Of a stretch of 64,000 nucleotides of DNA, positions 1 through 9,257 are shown one piece after another. Position numbers and translations under genes: made by a program. Within the stretch, counting starts at the first letter, position 1, and each line of letters begins with the position of its first letter. The notes beneath the pieces were generated by a model that had not been told where the DNA came from, made no database searches, and saw nothing but the letters and a program-made list of their open reading frames with translations. This DNA is from an uncultured bacterium (GTDB lineage: Bacteria; Krumholzibacteriota; Krumholzibacteriia; Krumholzibacteriales; Krumholzibacteriaceae): the NCBI GenBank assembly GCA_964599375.1, contig CAZREW010000006.1, forward strand, positions 28,285-92,284, written 5' to 3'.

Positions 1-985
1 ATTCAGCCCTGAAGTAGAACACCAGGCCCTTCGACAGTCCGACCGGGGGGAATCCCAGGTCGTAGAGGATCAGGTGTATGATCTCGTGGTCGTTATACGA
101 CTTGACGTCGTGCAGCTCCTTCTTGTCCCAGCGGGCTGCTGTCCTGTATTTCGGCCTCTCGAGGATCCGCATGAACGTCTCCTCGTCCGGATAAAGGTAG
201 TAATTGATCCTGCCCTCGATCTTCTTGATGCCGGCTTCCTTCGCTATGCCCTCGATCAGGCCGGAGACCCTCTTCATATCCTCCGGAGGGAAGGGACGCT
301 CCTTGAACCAGTTGTAAGTGATAAACTTCGCGTCCTTCGATTCCCATTCGACCTTGTCCTTGATGACGAGAGTGACATCGTCGAAATAGACATACCCCGT
401 CATCTGGTTGATGAGCCCGATCTCCATTATCCGGGCACCATCGGGCGCCTCCGCCTTCTTCTCCGAGCGCCTCCATCCGGTCGTCCCCACCCTCTTCCGT
501 GTCCAGGCGTCCGCGAAGTTCCGCTCGCTGATCCTTTCGCCCTTCCCGTCGAGGAAGAGCACATAAACGCCCGCCCTGCCCTCCTGCCCCTGGTTCTGTT
601 TGAGGTCCTCGGACATGATATCCGCCGAAAATTCTATCTCGTACCCGGGCCGTACAGGAAACCTCTGGGTCGCGACCATCCATCTCTGGGTGTCGTAAAG
701 GCCGCGCAGGAAGAACGAGTATCCTCCGTCCGGATTCCTCGTCTTGTCGCTCTTCCCGTAGAAGGACAGCTTGTTGCCCTCGCCGGCGATCGCCCTCATC
801 GACCATCCAGCGGGCTTGTAGCCTTCCCATTCATCGAATCCCGAGTTGACGACGAGGTTCACGCCGGTCTTTATCGCGGGAAGCGCCTCGGCAGTCTCCC
901 GTTCCTTCTTCCCTCCGCACCCCGCGGAAAGGAAGGCCGCGGCGGCCAGGGCGGCGACCGTTGTCATACGTATATGTCTCTGCAT
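1..985 (-). CDS. Lipoprotein with HExxH zinc-metallopeptidase-like motif (partial: C-terminal end runs off the window start)
   Basis: Hand translation of the minus strand from ATG at 985 (GGAGGA 4 nt upstream) gives 328 codons with no stop down to position 2. N-terminus MQRHIRMTTVAALAAAAFLSAGCGG is a signal peptide plus lipobox (LSAGC). An HEIIH (HExxH) motif lies near position 100. Absent from the supplied ORF track, probably because it is not closed by a stop inside the window. Confidence 0.6.
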   Translation of the reverse strand, partial: MQRHIRMTTVAALAAAAFLSAGCGGKKERETAEALPAIKTGVNLVVNSGFDEWEGYKPAGWSMRAIAGEGNKLSFYGKSDKTRNPDGGYSFFLRGLYDTQRWMVATQRFPVRPGYEIEFSADIMSEDLKQNQGQEGRAGVYVLFLDGKGERISERNFADAWTRKRVGTTGWRRSEKKAEAPDGARIMEIGLINQMTGYVYFDDVTLVIKDKVEWESKDAKFITYNWFKERPFPPEDMKRVSGLIEGIAKEAGIKKIEGRINYYLYPDEETFMRILERPKYRTAARWDKKELHDVKSYNDHEIIHLILYDLGFPPVGLSKGLVFYFRAE

Positions 986-1064
986 CAGGTCCTCCTGTTT
1001 CCCGTATTATACGCCCGCAGGAGCGATTCATTCCATTTCACGAGAGCCGGCCAGCGCGGGGCGC

Positions 1065-3530
1065 TCAGGACTTTTCCTTGTCGTCGCCGTTTTTCGAGCC
1101 GAATCGTTTCCAGCTGATGGCCATGTCGCAGAGGGCCTTCCTGACGAGCTCGTTGACTGTCCCCTTCGGGTATGCGCCGCTCTTGAGCGTTCGCCCTGCA
1201 CTGACGCCGGTCAGGATCTCGATCCCCTGGTCGACGTGCCTGACGGGATAGATGTGGAACTCGCCCTTCGCGACCGAGTCCACCACCTCCTGGTCAAGCA
1301 TGAGGTCGGGGACATTCTGCCACGGGATCATGACTCCCTCTTTGCCCGTGAGCCCTCTGGCCTTGCAGACTGAATAGAATCCTTCGATCTTCTCGTTGAC
1401 CCCGCCTATCGGCTGGATCTCGCCCTTCTGGTTTATAGAGCCCGTAACGGCGATGTCCTGCCTTATCGGAAGGCCGGAGAGGCTCGAAAGTATCGCGTAG
1501 AGTTCGGTGGAGCTGGCGCTGTCTCCATCGACGCCGCCGTACGATTGCTCGAAACAGAGGCTCGCGCTCATGACAAGCGGGCATTCCCGGCCGTACCTGC
1601 CCCTGAGGAACCCGGCGAGGATGAGTACTCCCTTGTTGTGCGTGCTGCCGCTCAGGTCCGCTTCCCTCTCGATGTTTATTACGCCCGAATTTCCGAGCGA
1701 TGTGACCGCGGTTATCCTCGACGGCTTGCCGAACATGTAGTCGCCGAGGTCATAGACCGACAGCGCGTTCACCTGGCCGACGACTGAGCCGGAGGTGTCG
1801 ATCATCAACGTGCCGTCCTCGATCCTCTCCTGGATCTTCTCCTCGATCAGGTTGACCCTCTTGACCCTGTGCTCTATGGCAAGCCGCACGTGTTCGCGCG
1901 TCGCGACCCTCCTGCCCGCCTTTTCGGCATGATAGTGGGCCTCGCGGACTACGTCGGAGATGAGGCTGAACCTGGTCGACAGCTTCGTCTGCCTGCCTGC
2001 GAGCCTGACCCCGTACTCGACTACGGCGGCCACACCTTCGGGATCGAACGGCTTGAGGCTCTCCCTGTCGGAGAGTCCCTTGATGAATCCTGCGTACTGC
2101 CTGATCACCGCCGCCCTGTTGTCGATCTCGCGGTCGAAGTCGGCCCTTATCTTGAATATCTTCCTGAAATCCTCGTCATACGACTGCAGCAGGTAGTAGA
2201 GCCGCGAATCACCTATCAGCACGATCTTGGCCTTGATGCACATCGGTTCGGGCTTGAGAGCCGACGAGCTCAGCATGCTCCAGCCGTCGAAGTTCTGGAT
2301 GACCGCCTCGCAGCTCTTCAGCGTTCTCTTCAGTATCTGCCAGACCCCCGGCTCGATGAACACGTCGAGAGCGTTCAGCACGAGGAACCCGCCGTTCGCC
2401 TTGTGAAATGCTCCGGCGCGGATGTTCATATGGTCCGGCTTGGACCATCCCGACGGCGTGAACTCCCTCTCGATCACCCCGAAGATATTCACGAGGTTCG
2501 GGAAGTTCTCGATGACCACCGGCGGCGCGGTCGTCTCGGAGTTATCCACGACGACGTTGACCCTGAACTCGCGGAACGGGTCCTCCATGCGGCCGTCCTC
2601 TGCGGCGAACGCCGCCATGGCCGACTTGGTCTCCTCTTCGTCCTTGGCCCTGAAGAGATCGAGCCGCTCCATGATCTCCTTCTCTATCAGCTTCAGGGTC
2701 CTGCTGAGCGCCTCGTTCCTGTACTTCCTGTCTATCTCGATGATCATCTCATGGATCGTCGGCTGCACGACGTCCATGTCGAGCTTCTCGAGCTTCTTCT
2801 TCAGATTGCGCTCGAGCTCCTTCATCCTGTCGTATATCTGGGTCATCTCTTCGGAGAGAGACTCCGCCGACAAGCGCATCCTCTCGAATTCCTTCTTCGA
2901 GACCTTTCCCTCCTCGACCATCTGAGTCAGCGTAGCGTAATCGACGGGGTTCCCGTCTACGACAGGCACGAGCTGGGGCTTCATGACCGGCCCGATCTGC
3001 AGGCTGACCATCGCGAAGCCTTCCTTGCCTATCTTCTCCTCGAACGCCGAAGCGACCTTCTTCTGCTTGGTCTGCATCGATTCGATCAGCCTCTTGCGGC
3101 GATTCTGGTAGTACTCGCTCTTGAAGAGGTTCGGAATGGACTTCATAAGGTCGTGAATGAGGTTGTCCATGTCGGAGGCGAGCCTGTTGCCCTGCCCGGC
3201 CTCGAGCTCTATGTATACGGGATTGCCCGGGTGGCGGAAGTTATACATGTAGCAAATATCGGGCGGGATCGGGTCCTTGCGCTCGAGCTTCTCGAGGAGG
3301 TGCTTGATAGTAGAAGTCCTGCCCGTACCTACTAGACCCGTTATGAATATGTTGAATCCGCGATGCTCGAGCGCCAGCCCCATCTCTATCGCGTGAAGCG
3401 CGCGGTCCTGCCCTATGATGTCGGTGCACGGCTTCAGATCGTTAGTAGTCCTGAAATCGAGGTACTTCCCGGGACATCTCCACCTGAGCTTGCCTGCGGG
3501 CAACTCCCTGGGCTTAGGTGCTTTCGCCAT
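1065..3530 (-). CDS. Lon-like ATP-dependent protease (COG1067/LonB-LonC type), Walker A lysine replaced by Arg
   Basis: C-terminal Lon S16 proteolytic domain with Ser (DGDSAS) and Lys (GGVNEKIEG). P-loop reads GLVGTGRTST. Start chosen at MAKAPKPRE (ATG 3530) because GGAGGA lies 5 nt upstream; the ORF-track start at 3671 is probably upstream read-through. Confidence 0.8.
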   Translation of the reverse strand: MAKAPKPRELPAGKLRWRCPGKYLDFRTTNDLKPCTDIIGQDRALHAIEMGLALEHRGFNIFITGLVGTGRTSTIKHLLEKLERKDPIPPDICYMYNFRHPGNPVYIELEAGQGNRLASDMDNLIHDLMKSIPNLFKSEYYQNRRKRLIESMQTKQKKVASAFEEKIGKEGFAMVSLQIGPVMKPQLVPVVDGNPVDYATLTQMVEEGKVSKKEFERMRLSAESLSEEMTQIYDRMKELERNLKKKLEKLDMDVVQPTIHEMIIEIDRKYRNEALSRTLKLIEKEIMERLDLFRAKDEEETKSAMAAFAAEDGRMEDPFREFRVNVVVDNSETTAPPVVIENFPNLVNIFGVIEREFTPSGWSKPDHMNIRAGAFHKANGGFLVLNALDVFIEPGVWQILKRTLKSCEAVIQNFDGWSMLSSSALKPEPMCIKAKIVLIGDSRLYYLLQSYDEDFRKIFKIRADFDREIDNRAAVIRQYAGFIKGLSDRESLKPFDPEGVAAVVEYGVRLAGRQTKLSTRFSLISDVVREAHYHAEKAGRRVATREHVRLAIEHRVKRVNLIEEKIQERIEDGTLMIDTSGSVVGQVNALSVYDLGDYMFGKPSRITAVTSLGNSGVINIEREADLSGSTHNKGVLILAGFLRGRYGRECPLVMSASLCFEQSYGGVDGDSASSTELYAILSSLSGLPIRQDIAVTGSINQKGEIQPIGGVNEKIEGFYSVCKARGLTGKEGVMIPWQNVPDLMLDQEVVDSVAKGEFHIYPVRHVDQGIEILTGVSAGRTLKSGAYPKGTVNELVRKALCDMAISWKRFGSKNGDDKEKS

Positions 3531-3704
3531 CAAATTCCTCCGGACGGTCCGTGTCATTACAGGCGGGTTCTCGTATTGAGCGCCCGGCGGCCGCGGACGG
3601 ACACGGGGCGCGACAAGCAGTCTAGATGTTTTCGCGGGGCCAGTCAAGCGGGCGGTTGCGCGGGCGGCCATAGAAAGAACCGCCCGGGGCCCTCCCGGCA
3701 GAGC

Positions 3705-4899
3705 TTATGAGCGTCTGATCACGACGGCGGTGGTATCGTCCTGCAGCCTGGCGCTACCTGCAAAATCCCTGACGGCGGCGAACAGGCCGCGGATCATCTC
3801 GTGAGCGGGAATCGCCATGTTCGCGCGCATAAATCCCTTCAGGCGCTCCTCGCCGAAGATCTCACCCGCGGCGTTCGTAGCCTCGAGGACCCCATCGGTG
3901 AAAAGCACGAGCATGTCGCCGGGATCGATGAACGCGAACCCGCGGTTGAAATCGGTGGTCTCGAGCGGGCCGAGGATCGTCCCGCCGACATCGAGCTTCT
4001 CGATACGGTCAGCCTTGAACAGCAGTGGAGGAGGATGGCCGGCGTTCACGTATACGAGCGTGCCCCCGGGCTCCAGTTCCCCGTAAAAGAGCGAGATGAA
4101 CCTTGTGGAGAGCTGGCTGCGGTTGATCACCGAGTTGAGCTTGCGAAGCACGCCAGAGATCTTCATCTCCTTCTCCATGCCCATGCGCAGTCCGGTGACG
4201 ACATCGCGGGCCAGCAGCGCGGCGGGCAGGCCATGGCCGCTCGCGTCGCCAACAGCTACGCTCAGCACTCCCTCGGCGAGGACCGAGAAATCATAGAGAT
4301 CGCCGCCGACCCTCTCGGCGGCCTCCATCCTCCCGGCGATCTCATACCCCGGGAAATGAGGCTCTATGCGGGGCAGCAGGCTCTTCTGGATCTCGTACGC
4401 TTCCTGAAGATCGGCCGAGAACCGGCTCGTCGACGAGCTGAAATTCAGCGTTGAGCGGATCGTGTTCAGGGAGAACTCGAGGGTCTCCCGGACCCAGCCG
4501 TCCCCGAGCCTGAAGACCATGAGACGTTCATCGTCCTCACCCAGCATCACGGCGACGCTGTTCTTTCCCCACGGAGGATCGACTGTATCGATGAATATGT
4601 AGTTCTTGTGGTGGGACAGAAGCCTTATGGCCTCGTCTCCGACCGGGATCGATGCGGGCCAGCTTCCCGCCTCAGAGCCGCTGACCTGGTCCGTCCTCCG
4701 GTAGACTTTTCCGTAAAGACGGTAGACGCATCCGCTCTTTATTCCCAGGTCCTCGCCCACGGATTGGACCAGCTCGCTCAAGACGAGAGAGAGCATCTCC
4801 TTCATCGACGCGCCTCTGCCGATCCGTGTCAGAAGAGCGTCGAGCTTCCTGTAGAATGCTTTCGGCTGAAAAACGCCAGGTTCCGACATCGATCCTCTC
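3705..4899 (-). CDS. PP2C-family serine phosphatase (SpoIIE/RsbU-like) with N-terminal GAF-like domain
   Basis: Motifs GGDLYDF, VAVGDASGHG, FTDGVLEA typical of the SpoIIE/PP2C phosphatase domain. Start at MSEPGVF (ATG 4899) with GGAGAGGA upstream. Sits upstream of the Lon-like gene on the same strand. Confidence 0.75.
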
Positions 4900-5084
4900 C
4901 ATCGAAAAACGTGAAGCCGTTCATTAAGCGGACGGTCAGGCCGAATATACCCCGTAAATACCCGCTGCTCCAAATAAACTTTACTGCGCGGCCGGTATTT
5001 AATATTATTTTCACATATCATATCGCGGCAGCCAGCCGCCTGACAGGCCGTTCAAAGCCACGGTTCCCCGAAGGGAAGATCACC

Positions 5085-6005
5085 ATGACGAACAGAAGAG
5101 AATTCCTCAGGATCCTGGCAGCCGGCGCGGCGGGAGCGATGCTTCCCGCACGGCGCCTCGGCGCACTTACCCAGCCGCAGTCCGCGGCCGCATCCTTCGG
5201 GGTGGCCAGGGGGTCGGACACCGTCGCCATAGTAAGGAAAGCGGTGGAGCTGGTCGGCGGGATGGCGTCCTTCGTCGACGAAGGCGACGTCGTGTTCGTC
5301 AAGCCGAACATATCGTGGGACAAGAATCCCGAGCAGGCCGCCACGACCAACCCCGTCGTAGTCGGGACAGTGGTGAGGATGGCCGTGGAGGCGGGCGCGA
5401 AGAAGATCATAGTCGCCGACAACGCGTGCAACGACGCGAGGCGCACCTACAAGAGAAGCGGCATCAAGGAAGCGGCTGAAAGGGCCGGGGCGAGCGTCCC
5501 GTTCATGGAGCAGCGCAGATTCGTCTCGACCGACCTGGGCGGAAGAGTGATGAGCGACTGGGAGGTCTACCGCGACGCGATAGAAGCCGACAAGATCATC
5601 AACGTCCCGATCGCCAAGCAACACGGCCTCTCCGAGGTCACCCTCTCGATGAAGAACCTCATGGGGCTTATCGGGGGAAGGCGCGACCTGCTCCACCAGA
5701 ACCTCCCCGAGTGCGTGGTCGACCTGACCGCCTACTTCAGGCCGACGCTCAACATCCTCGACGCTGTCAGACTGCTAAAGGCCAACGGACCGCAAGGCAG
5801 CACGCTGAAGGACGTCGTCGAGCTGAATACGGTCGCCGCAAGTGCCGACCCGGTGCGCATCGACGCCTTCGGCATTTCGCTTTTCGGGGATGCGCTGTTC
5901 AGCAACGACCCGGCGGCATTCCCCTTCATACAGGAGGCGATCGAGCGGGGGCTCGGCAGATCCGATTTCGCCGGTGAAGGATACATGGAAGTAAACCTCG
6001 GATAG
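5085..6005 (+). CDS. DUF362 domain protein with twin-arginine (Tat) signal peptide
   Basis: Start MTNRREFLRILAAGAAGA (RREFL Tat motif) with GAAGGGA RBS. Body resembles DUF362. Immediately followed by the polyferredoxin gene. Confidence 0.65.
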   Translation: MTNRREFLRILAAGAAGAMLPARRLGALTQPQSAAASFGVARGSDTVAIVRKAVELVGGMASFVDEGDVVFVKPNISWDKNPEQAATTNPVVVGTVVRMAVEAGAKKIIVADNACNDARRTYKRSGIKEAAERAGASVPFMEQRRFVSTDLGGRVMSDWEVYRDAIEADKIINVPIAKQHGLSEVTLSMKNLMGLIGGRRDLLHQNLPECVVDLTAYFRPTLNILDAVRLLKANGPQGSTLKDVVELNTVAASADPVRIDAFGISLFGDALFSNDPAAFPFIQEAIERGLGRSDFAGEGYMEVNLG

Positions 6006-6010
6006 GTGAC

Positions 6011-7567
6011 ATGAAAAACCTCAGAAGATTCTCGCAGATCCTGTTTCTCGCGTTCTTCTTCTACCTCTTCATCCAGACAGAGTACAAGGGGAGCGACGAG
6101 CTGGGGCTCCCGGTGAGGTTCTTCCTCGACTTCGACCCGCTCATCGCGCTGAGCTCGGTGCTGGCGACCCACGCCCTCAGGACGGTCTTCCTCCTCTCCC
6201 TCATCACCGTCGTCGTCTCAGTCTTCTTCGGGAGGGTATTCTGCGGCTGGGTCTGCCCCCTCGGCACGCTGAACACGATAGTAGGCTGGTTCAGGATGAG
6301 AAGGGGAAGGCCATCTCCGGACGACGGCCGCTTTCCGCGGCTGCGGCCGGTCAAGTATTTCATACTGGTATTTATACTCGTCGCGGCTGTATTCGGATGG
6401 AACGCCGCGGGGATCGTCGATCCGATATCGCTTACCATCAGGTCGCTCGCTATCGGCTACAACCCGGGCATCAACCATATCGTGCGAGCGGTCCTTGACA
6501 CGGCTTATGCCTCTAACCTGCCCGGCATCTCGCCTGCCGCCGACGCCGTCTACTCGATGATGGTCGGGACCGTCCTCGCCTTCGAGCAGCCTGTCTTCAG
6601 GCAGATGATCCTGATGGCCCTGCTGTTCTCGGCGATACTGGGGCTCAATCTTCTCGCGCCGCGGTTCTGGTGCAGGTACCTCTGCCCGCTCGGAGCGATG
6701 CTCGGCCTCATCGGCACGAAACAGATGATGGCAAGGGTCGACGTGAACGGCGAGAAATGCATCTCTTGCGGCAGGTGCAACAGGACGTGCCAGGGCGACG
6801 CCACTCCCTTCCCGCCCGGCCAGTGGGCGAGCAGGGAATGCCTCGTCTGCTACAACTGCCAGGACGTATGCCCGGTCACGGCCGTATCGATCCACCCGAC
6901 GACGCGCAGGACAGGCGACGGAAACGTCGACCTCGAGCGGCGCTGGCTCCTATCGACCGGAGCGGCGGCGCTGCTTGCGGTCCCGCTGGTGACACTGGGA
7001 GAGCAGCGCAAGCGCGTCCACCCCGATCTTATCCGTCCGCCTGGCGCGCTGCCCGAGAAGGACTTCGTCAAGACTTGCGTGAAGTGCGGCGAGTGCATGA
7101 AAGTATGCCTCACGAACGGGCTGCAGCCTACCTTCCATCAGGCCGGCCTGGAGGGGCTGTGGACCCCGATCCTCGTCCCGAAGCTCGGTTACTGCGAGTA
7201 CCACTGCAACCTCTGTACGCAGGTCTGCCCGACGGGAGCCATCCGGCACCTAGATATCAACGTTAAGCAGAGGACAAAGATCGGGATGGCGACCATAGAC
7301 AGGAGCAGGTGCATCCCTTACACCTACAACCGCAACTGCGGCGTGTGCGAGGAGCACTGCCCCGCTCAGGGGAAGGCGATACGCTTCACCGAGGAGGAGT
7401 CGTTCGACAGGAGGGGCGACCCGTTCATCCTCAAGAAGCCTCACGTGATCCCGCAGTTATGTATCGGCTGCGGGATCTGCGAGAACAAGTGCCCCGTCGT
7501 GGACATTCCGGCGATAAGGGTCTCCCCGCTCGACGAGAGCCGCAGCGACGCGAGGATCTACTTGTAG
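6011..7567 (+). CDS. Membrane-bound polyferredoxin (NapH/MauN-like; multiple 4Fe-4S clusters)
   Basis: N-terminal TM region with FCGWVCPLGT and CRYLCPLGA motifs. Six CxxCxxCxxxCP ferredoxin motifs in the C-terminal half (CISCGRCNRTC, CLVCYNCQDVCP, CVKCGECMKVC, CNLCTQVCP, CGVCEEHCP, CIGCGICENKCP). Confidence 0.8.
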   Translation: MKNLRRFSQILFLAFFFYLFIQTEYKGSDELGLPVRFFLDFDPLIALSSVLATHALRTVFLLSLITVVVSVFFGRVFCGWVCPLGTLNTIVGWFRMRRGRPSPDDGRFPRLRPVKYFILVFILVAAVFGWNAAGIVDPISLTIRSLAIGYNPGINHIVRAVLDTAYASNLPGISPAADAVYSMMVGTVLAFEQPVFRQMILMALLFSAILGLNLLAPRFWCRYLCPLGAMLGLIGTKQMMARVDVNGEKCISCGRCNRTCQGDATPFPPGQWASRECLVCYNCQDVCPVTAVSIHPTTRRTGDGNVDLERRWLLSTGAAALLAVPLVTLGEQRKRVHPDLIRPPGALPEKDFVKTCVKCGECMKVCLTNGLQPTFHQAGLEGLWTPILVPKLGYCEYHCNLCTQVCPTGAIRHLDINVKQRTKIGMATIDRSRCIPYTYNRNCGVCEEHCPAQGKAIRFTEEESFDRRGDPFILKKPHVIPQLCIGCGICENKCPVVDIPAIRVSPLDESRSDARIYL

Positions 7568-7609
7568 CTCTTTCCTGTCAAATGGGGGAGGTGGCGGCGA
7601 AACGGCCGC

Positions 7610-8557
7610 TCAGCGCTCGCCGGCGCGAGCGAGCGCTCCCACGTGCGCCTCTACCGAGTCGGCAAGGGCGTCGAGGTCGTACCCCCCCTCGAGAAGCGAA
7701 AGTATCCTGCCTTCGCAGTGCCTTTCAGCCGCATCCGCGAGCATTCCGGTCATCTCGCCGAACATCCCCGCTGAGAGCCTTGCGCCGGAGAGAGGATCCT
7801 CAGCGTGGGCGTCGAACCCCGCCGATATCAGGATCATCTGCGGCTCGAACGCGTCGAGCGCGGGGATGACCCTGCTCTCGAACTCCTCCCGGTACTTCCC
7901 ATCGTCCGCGCCTGCGCCGAGCGGGATGTTCAGGGTATAGCCGGTGCCCTCCCCCGTGCCGACCATGTTGAAGTGGCCGGTGCCCGGGTAATGCGGGTAC
8001 TGGTGAAGGCTGATGTAGAGGACCCTCGGATCGTCGAGGAAGATCCTCTCAGTGCCGTTGCCGTGGTGAACATCCCAGTCGACTATGGCGACCCTGTCCA
8101 GCCCCGCCCCTGCGGTCAGCCATCTCGCGGCTATCGCTATGTTGTTGAAGATGCAGAATCCCATTGCCCTGCCGCTTTCCGCGTGGTGCCCGGGCGGCCT
8201 GACTGGGCAGAAGGCGTTCGCGAACCTCCCCCCGAGGATGTCCCCGGCGGCCTGTACCGCGGCTCCCGCGGCGTACAGGGCCGCGCGCGGCGTGGCGGAT
8301 GTCGCGACCGTATCGCCCCAGTCGAGGACGACTGCCTCGTCGATCTCGAGCGAGAGGAAGGTGTCGACATATCCGGTGTCATGCACCGCGGCGATGATGT
8401 CCATTTCAGCGGGAAGAGCCTCGACGAACTCGAGCTGGCCGGTAAAGGGGCAGTTTCTCAGCCTCTCCATCACGACCCGGTACCTCGCCGGACTCTCTAC
8501 GTGTCCATACCCCTCGAGATGCCTGCCGAAGAGATCGTGGTAATATATGCCTGTCAT
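7610..8557 (-). CDS. Histone deacetylase-family amidohydrolase (AcuC/acetylpolyamine amidohydrolase-like)
   Basis: Motifs GFCIFNN, DWDVHHGNGT, SAGFDAH diagnostic of the arginase/deacetylase fold. ATG at 8557 has GGGAGGTG 7 nt upstream; the track start at 8563 is GTG. Confidence 0.8.
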   Translation of the reverse strand: MTGIYYHDLFGRHLEGYGHVESPARYRVVMERLRNCPFTGQLEFVEALPAEMDIIAAVHDTGYVDTFLSLEIDEAVVLDWGDTVATSATPRAALYAAGAAVQAAGDILGGRFANAFCPVRPPGHHAESGRAMGFCIFNNIAIAARWLTAGAGLDRVAIVDWDVHHGNGTERIFLDDPRVLYISLHQYPHYPGTGHFNMVGTGEGTGYTLNIPLGAGADDGKYREEFESRVIPALDAFEPQMILISAGFDAHAEDPLSGARLSAGMFGEMTGMLADAAERHCEGRILSLLEGGYDLDALADSVEAHVGALARAGER

Positions 8558-8612
8558 CGACACACCTCCCGCTTCGATTACCTTCCGCCTTACGCTGGCC
8601 GAGATCAGGCCG

Positions 8613-9257
8613 TCATTCCCCGCCGGTCAGTGGGACGAATCTCACAGCCAGAAGCCCCTCGTCCTCGTACTCCCCGCCGCGCCTTACGATCCTGTGAATG
8701 TATTGCGACATCGTGCCGACAGGGATGACGAGCCTCCCCCCTTCGGCGAGCTGCTCCTGAAGCGCCGGCGGCACGTGTCCGGGAGCCGCCGTGACGATGA
8801 TCCCGTCAAACGGCGCCTCTTCGGGCCATCCCGCCCGGCCGTCGCCTGTCCTGAACTCGATGTTGGAGTAACCCATCGCGCCGAGCGTCTCCCGCGCCCT
8901 CTCCGAGAGTTCCCGGATGATCTCGACCGTGAAGACCCTGTCGGCAAGCTCGGCCAGGACGGCTGTCTGGTACCCGCACCCGGTGCCGATCTCGAGCACC
9001 CGGTCCCTTTTGCCTAGCCCGAGCAGCCCGGTCATGTAGGCGACGATATAGGGCTGTGATATCGTCTGGCCGCACCCGATCGGAAGGGGGCCGTCGTGGA
9101 ATGCCGCGCGGCGGTCCTCGGGCCTGACGAAGAGCTCCCGCGGGACTTTTCGCATCGCATCGAGCACACCACTGTCGGTGATGTCCCTCGAGGCGATCTG
9201 TGTCCTGACCATCTCCTCGCGCCCACCCCTGTCCTCTATGCCCCGCTCGTCCTTCAC
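8613..9257 (-). CDS. pcm: Protein-L-isoaspartate O-methyltransferase
   Basis: GQTISQPY, VLEIGTGCGYQTAVLA (SAM-binding) and C-terminal VPLTGG motifs. Confidence 0.85.
   Translation of the reverse strand: MKDERGIEDRGGREEMVRTQIASRDITDSGVLDAMRKVPRELFVRPEDRRAAFHDGPLPIGCGQTISQPYIVAYMTGLLGLGKRDRVLEIGTGCGYQTAVLAELADRVFTVEIIRELSERARETLGAMGYSNIEFRTGDGRAGWPEEAPFDGIIVTAAPGHVPPALQEQLAEGGRLVIPVGTMSQYIHRIVRRGGEYEDEGLLAVRFVPLTGGE

Noticed and set aside
74-1117. 347-aa plus-strand ORF
   Set aside because: Antisense to the well-supported lipoprotein gene (1..985, minus strand). Pro/Arg/Leu-rich composition typical of high-GC shadow ORFs. No RBS.
1869-3335. 488-aa plus-strand ORF
   Set aside because: Lies entirely antisense within the Lon-like protease gene. 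Low-complexity Leu/Arg/Pro/Asp-rich translation.
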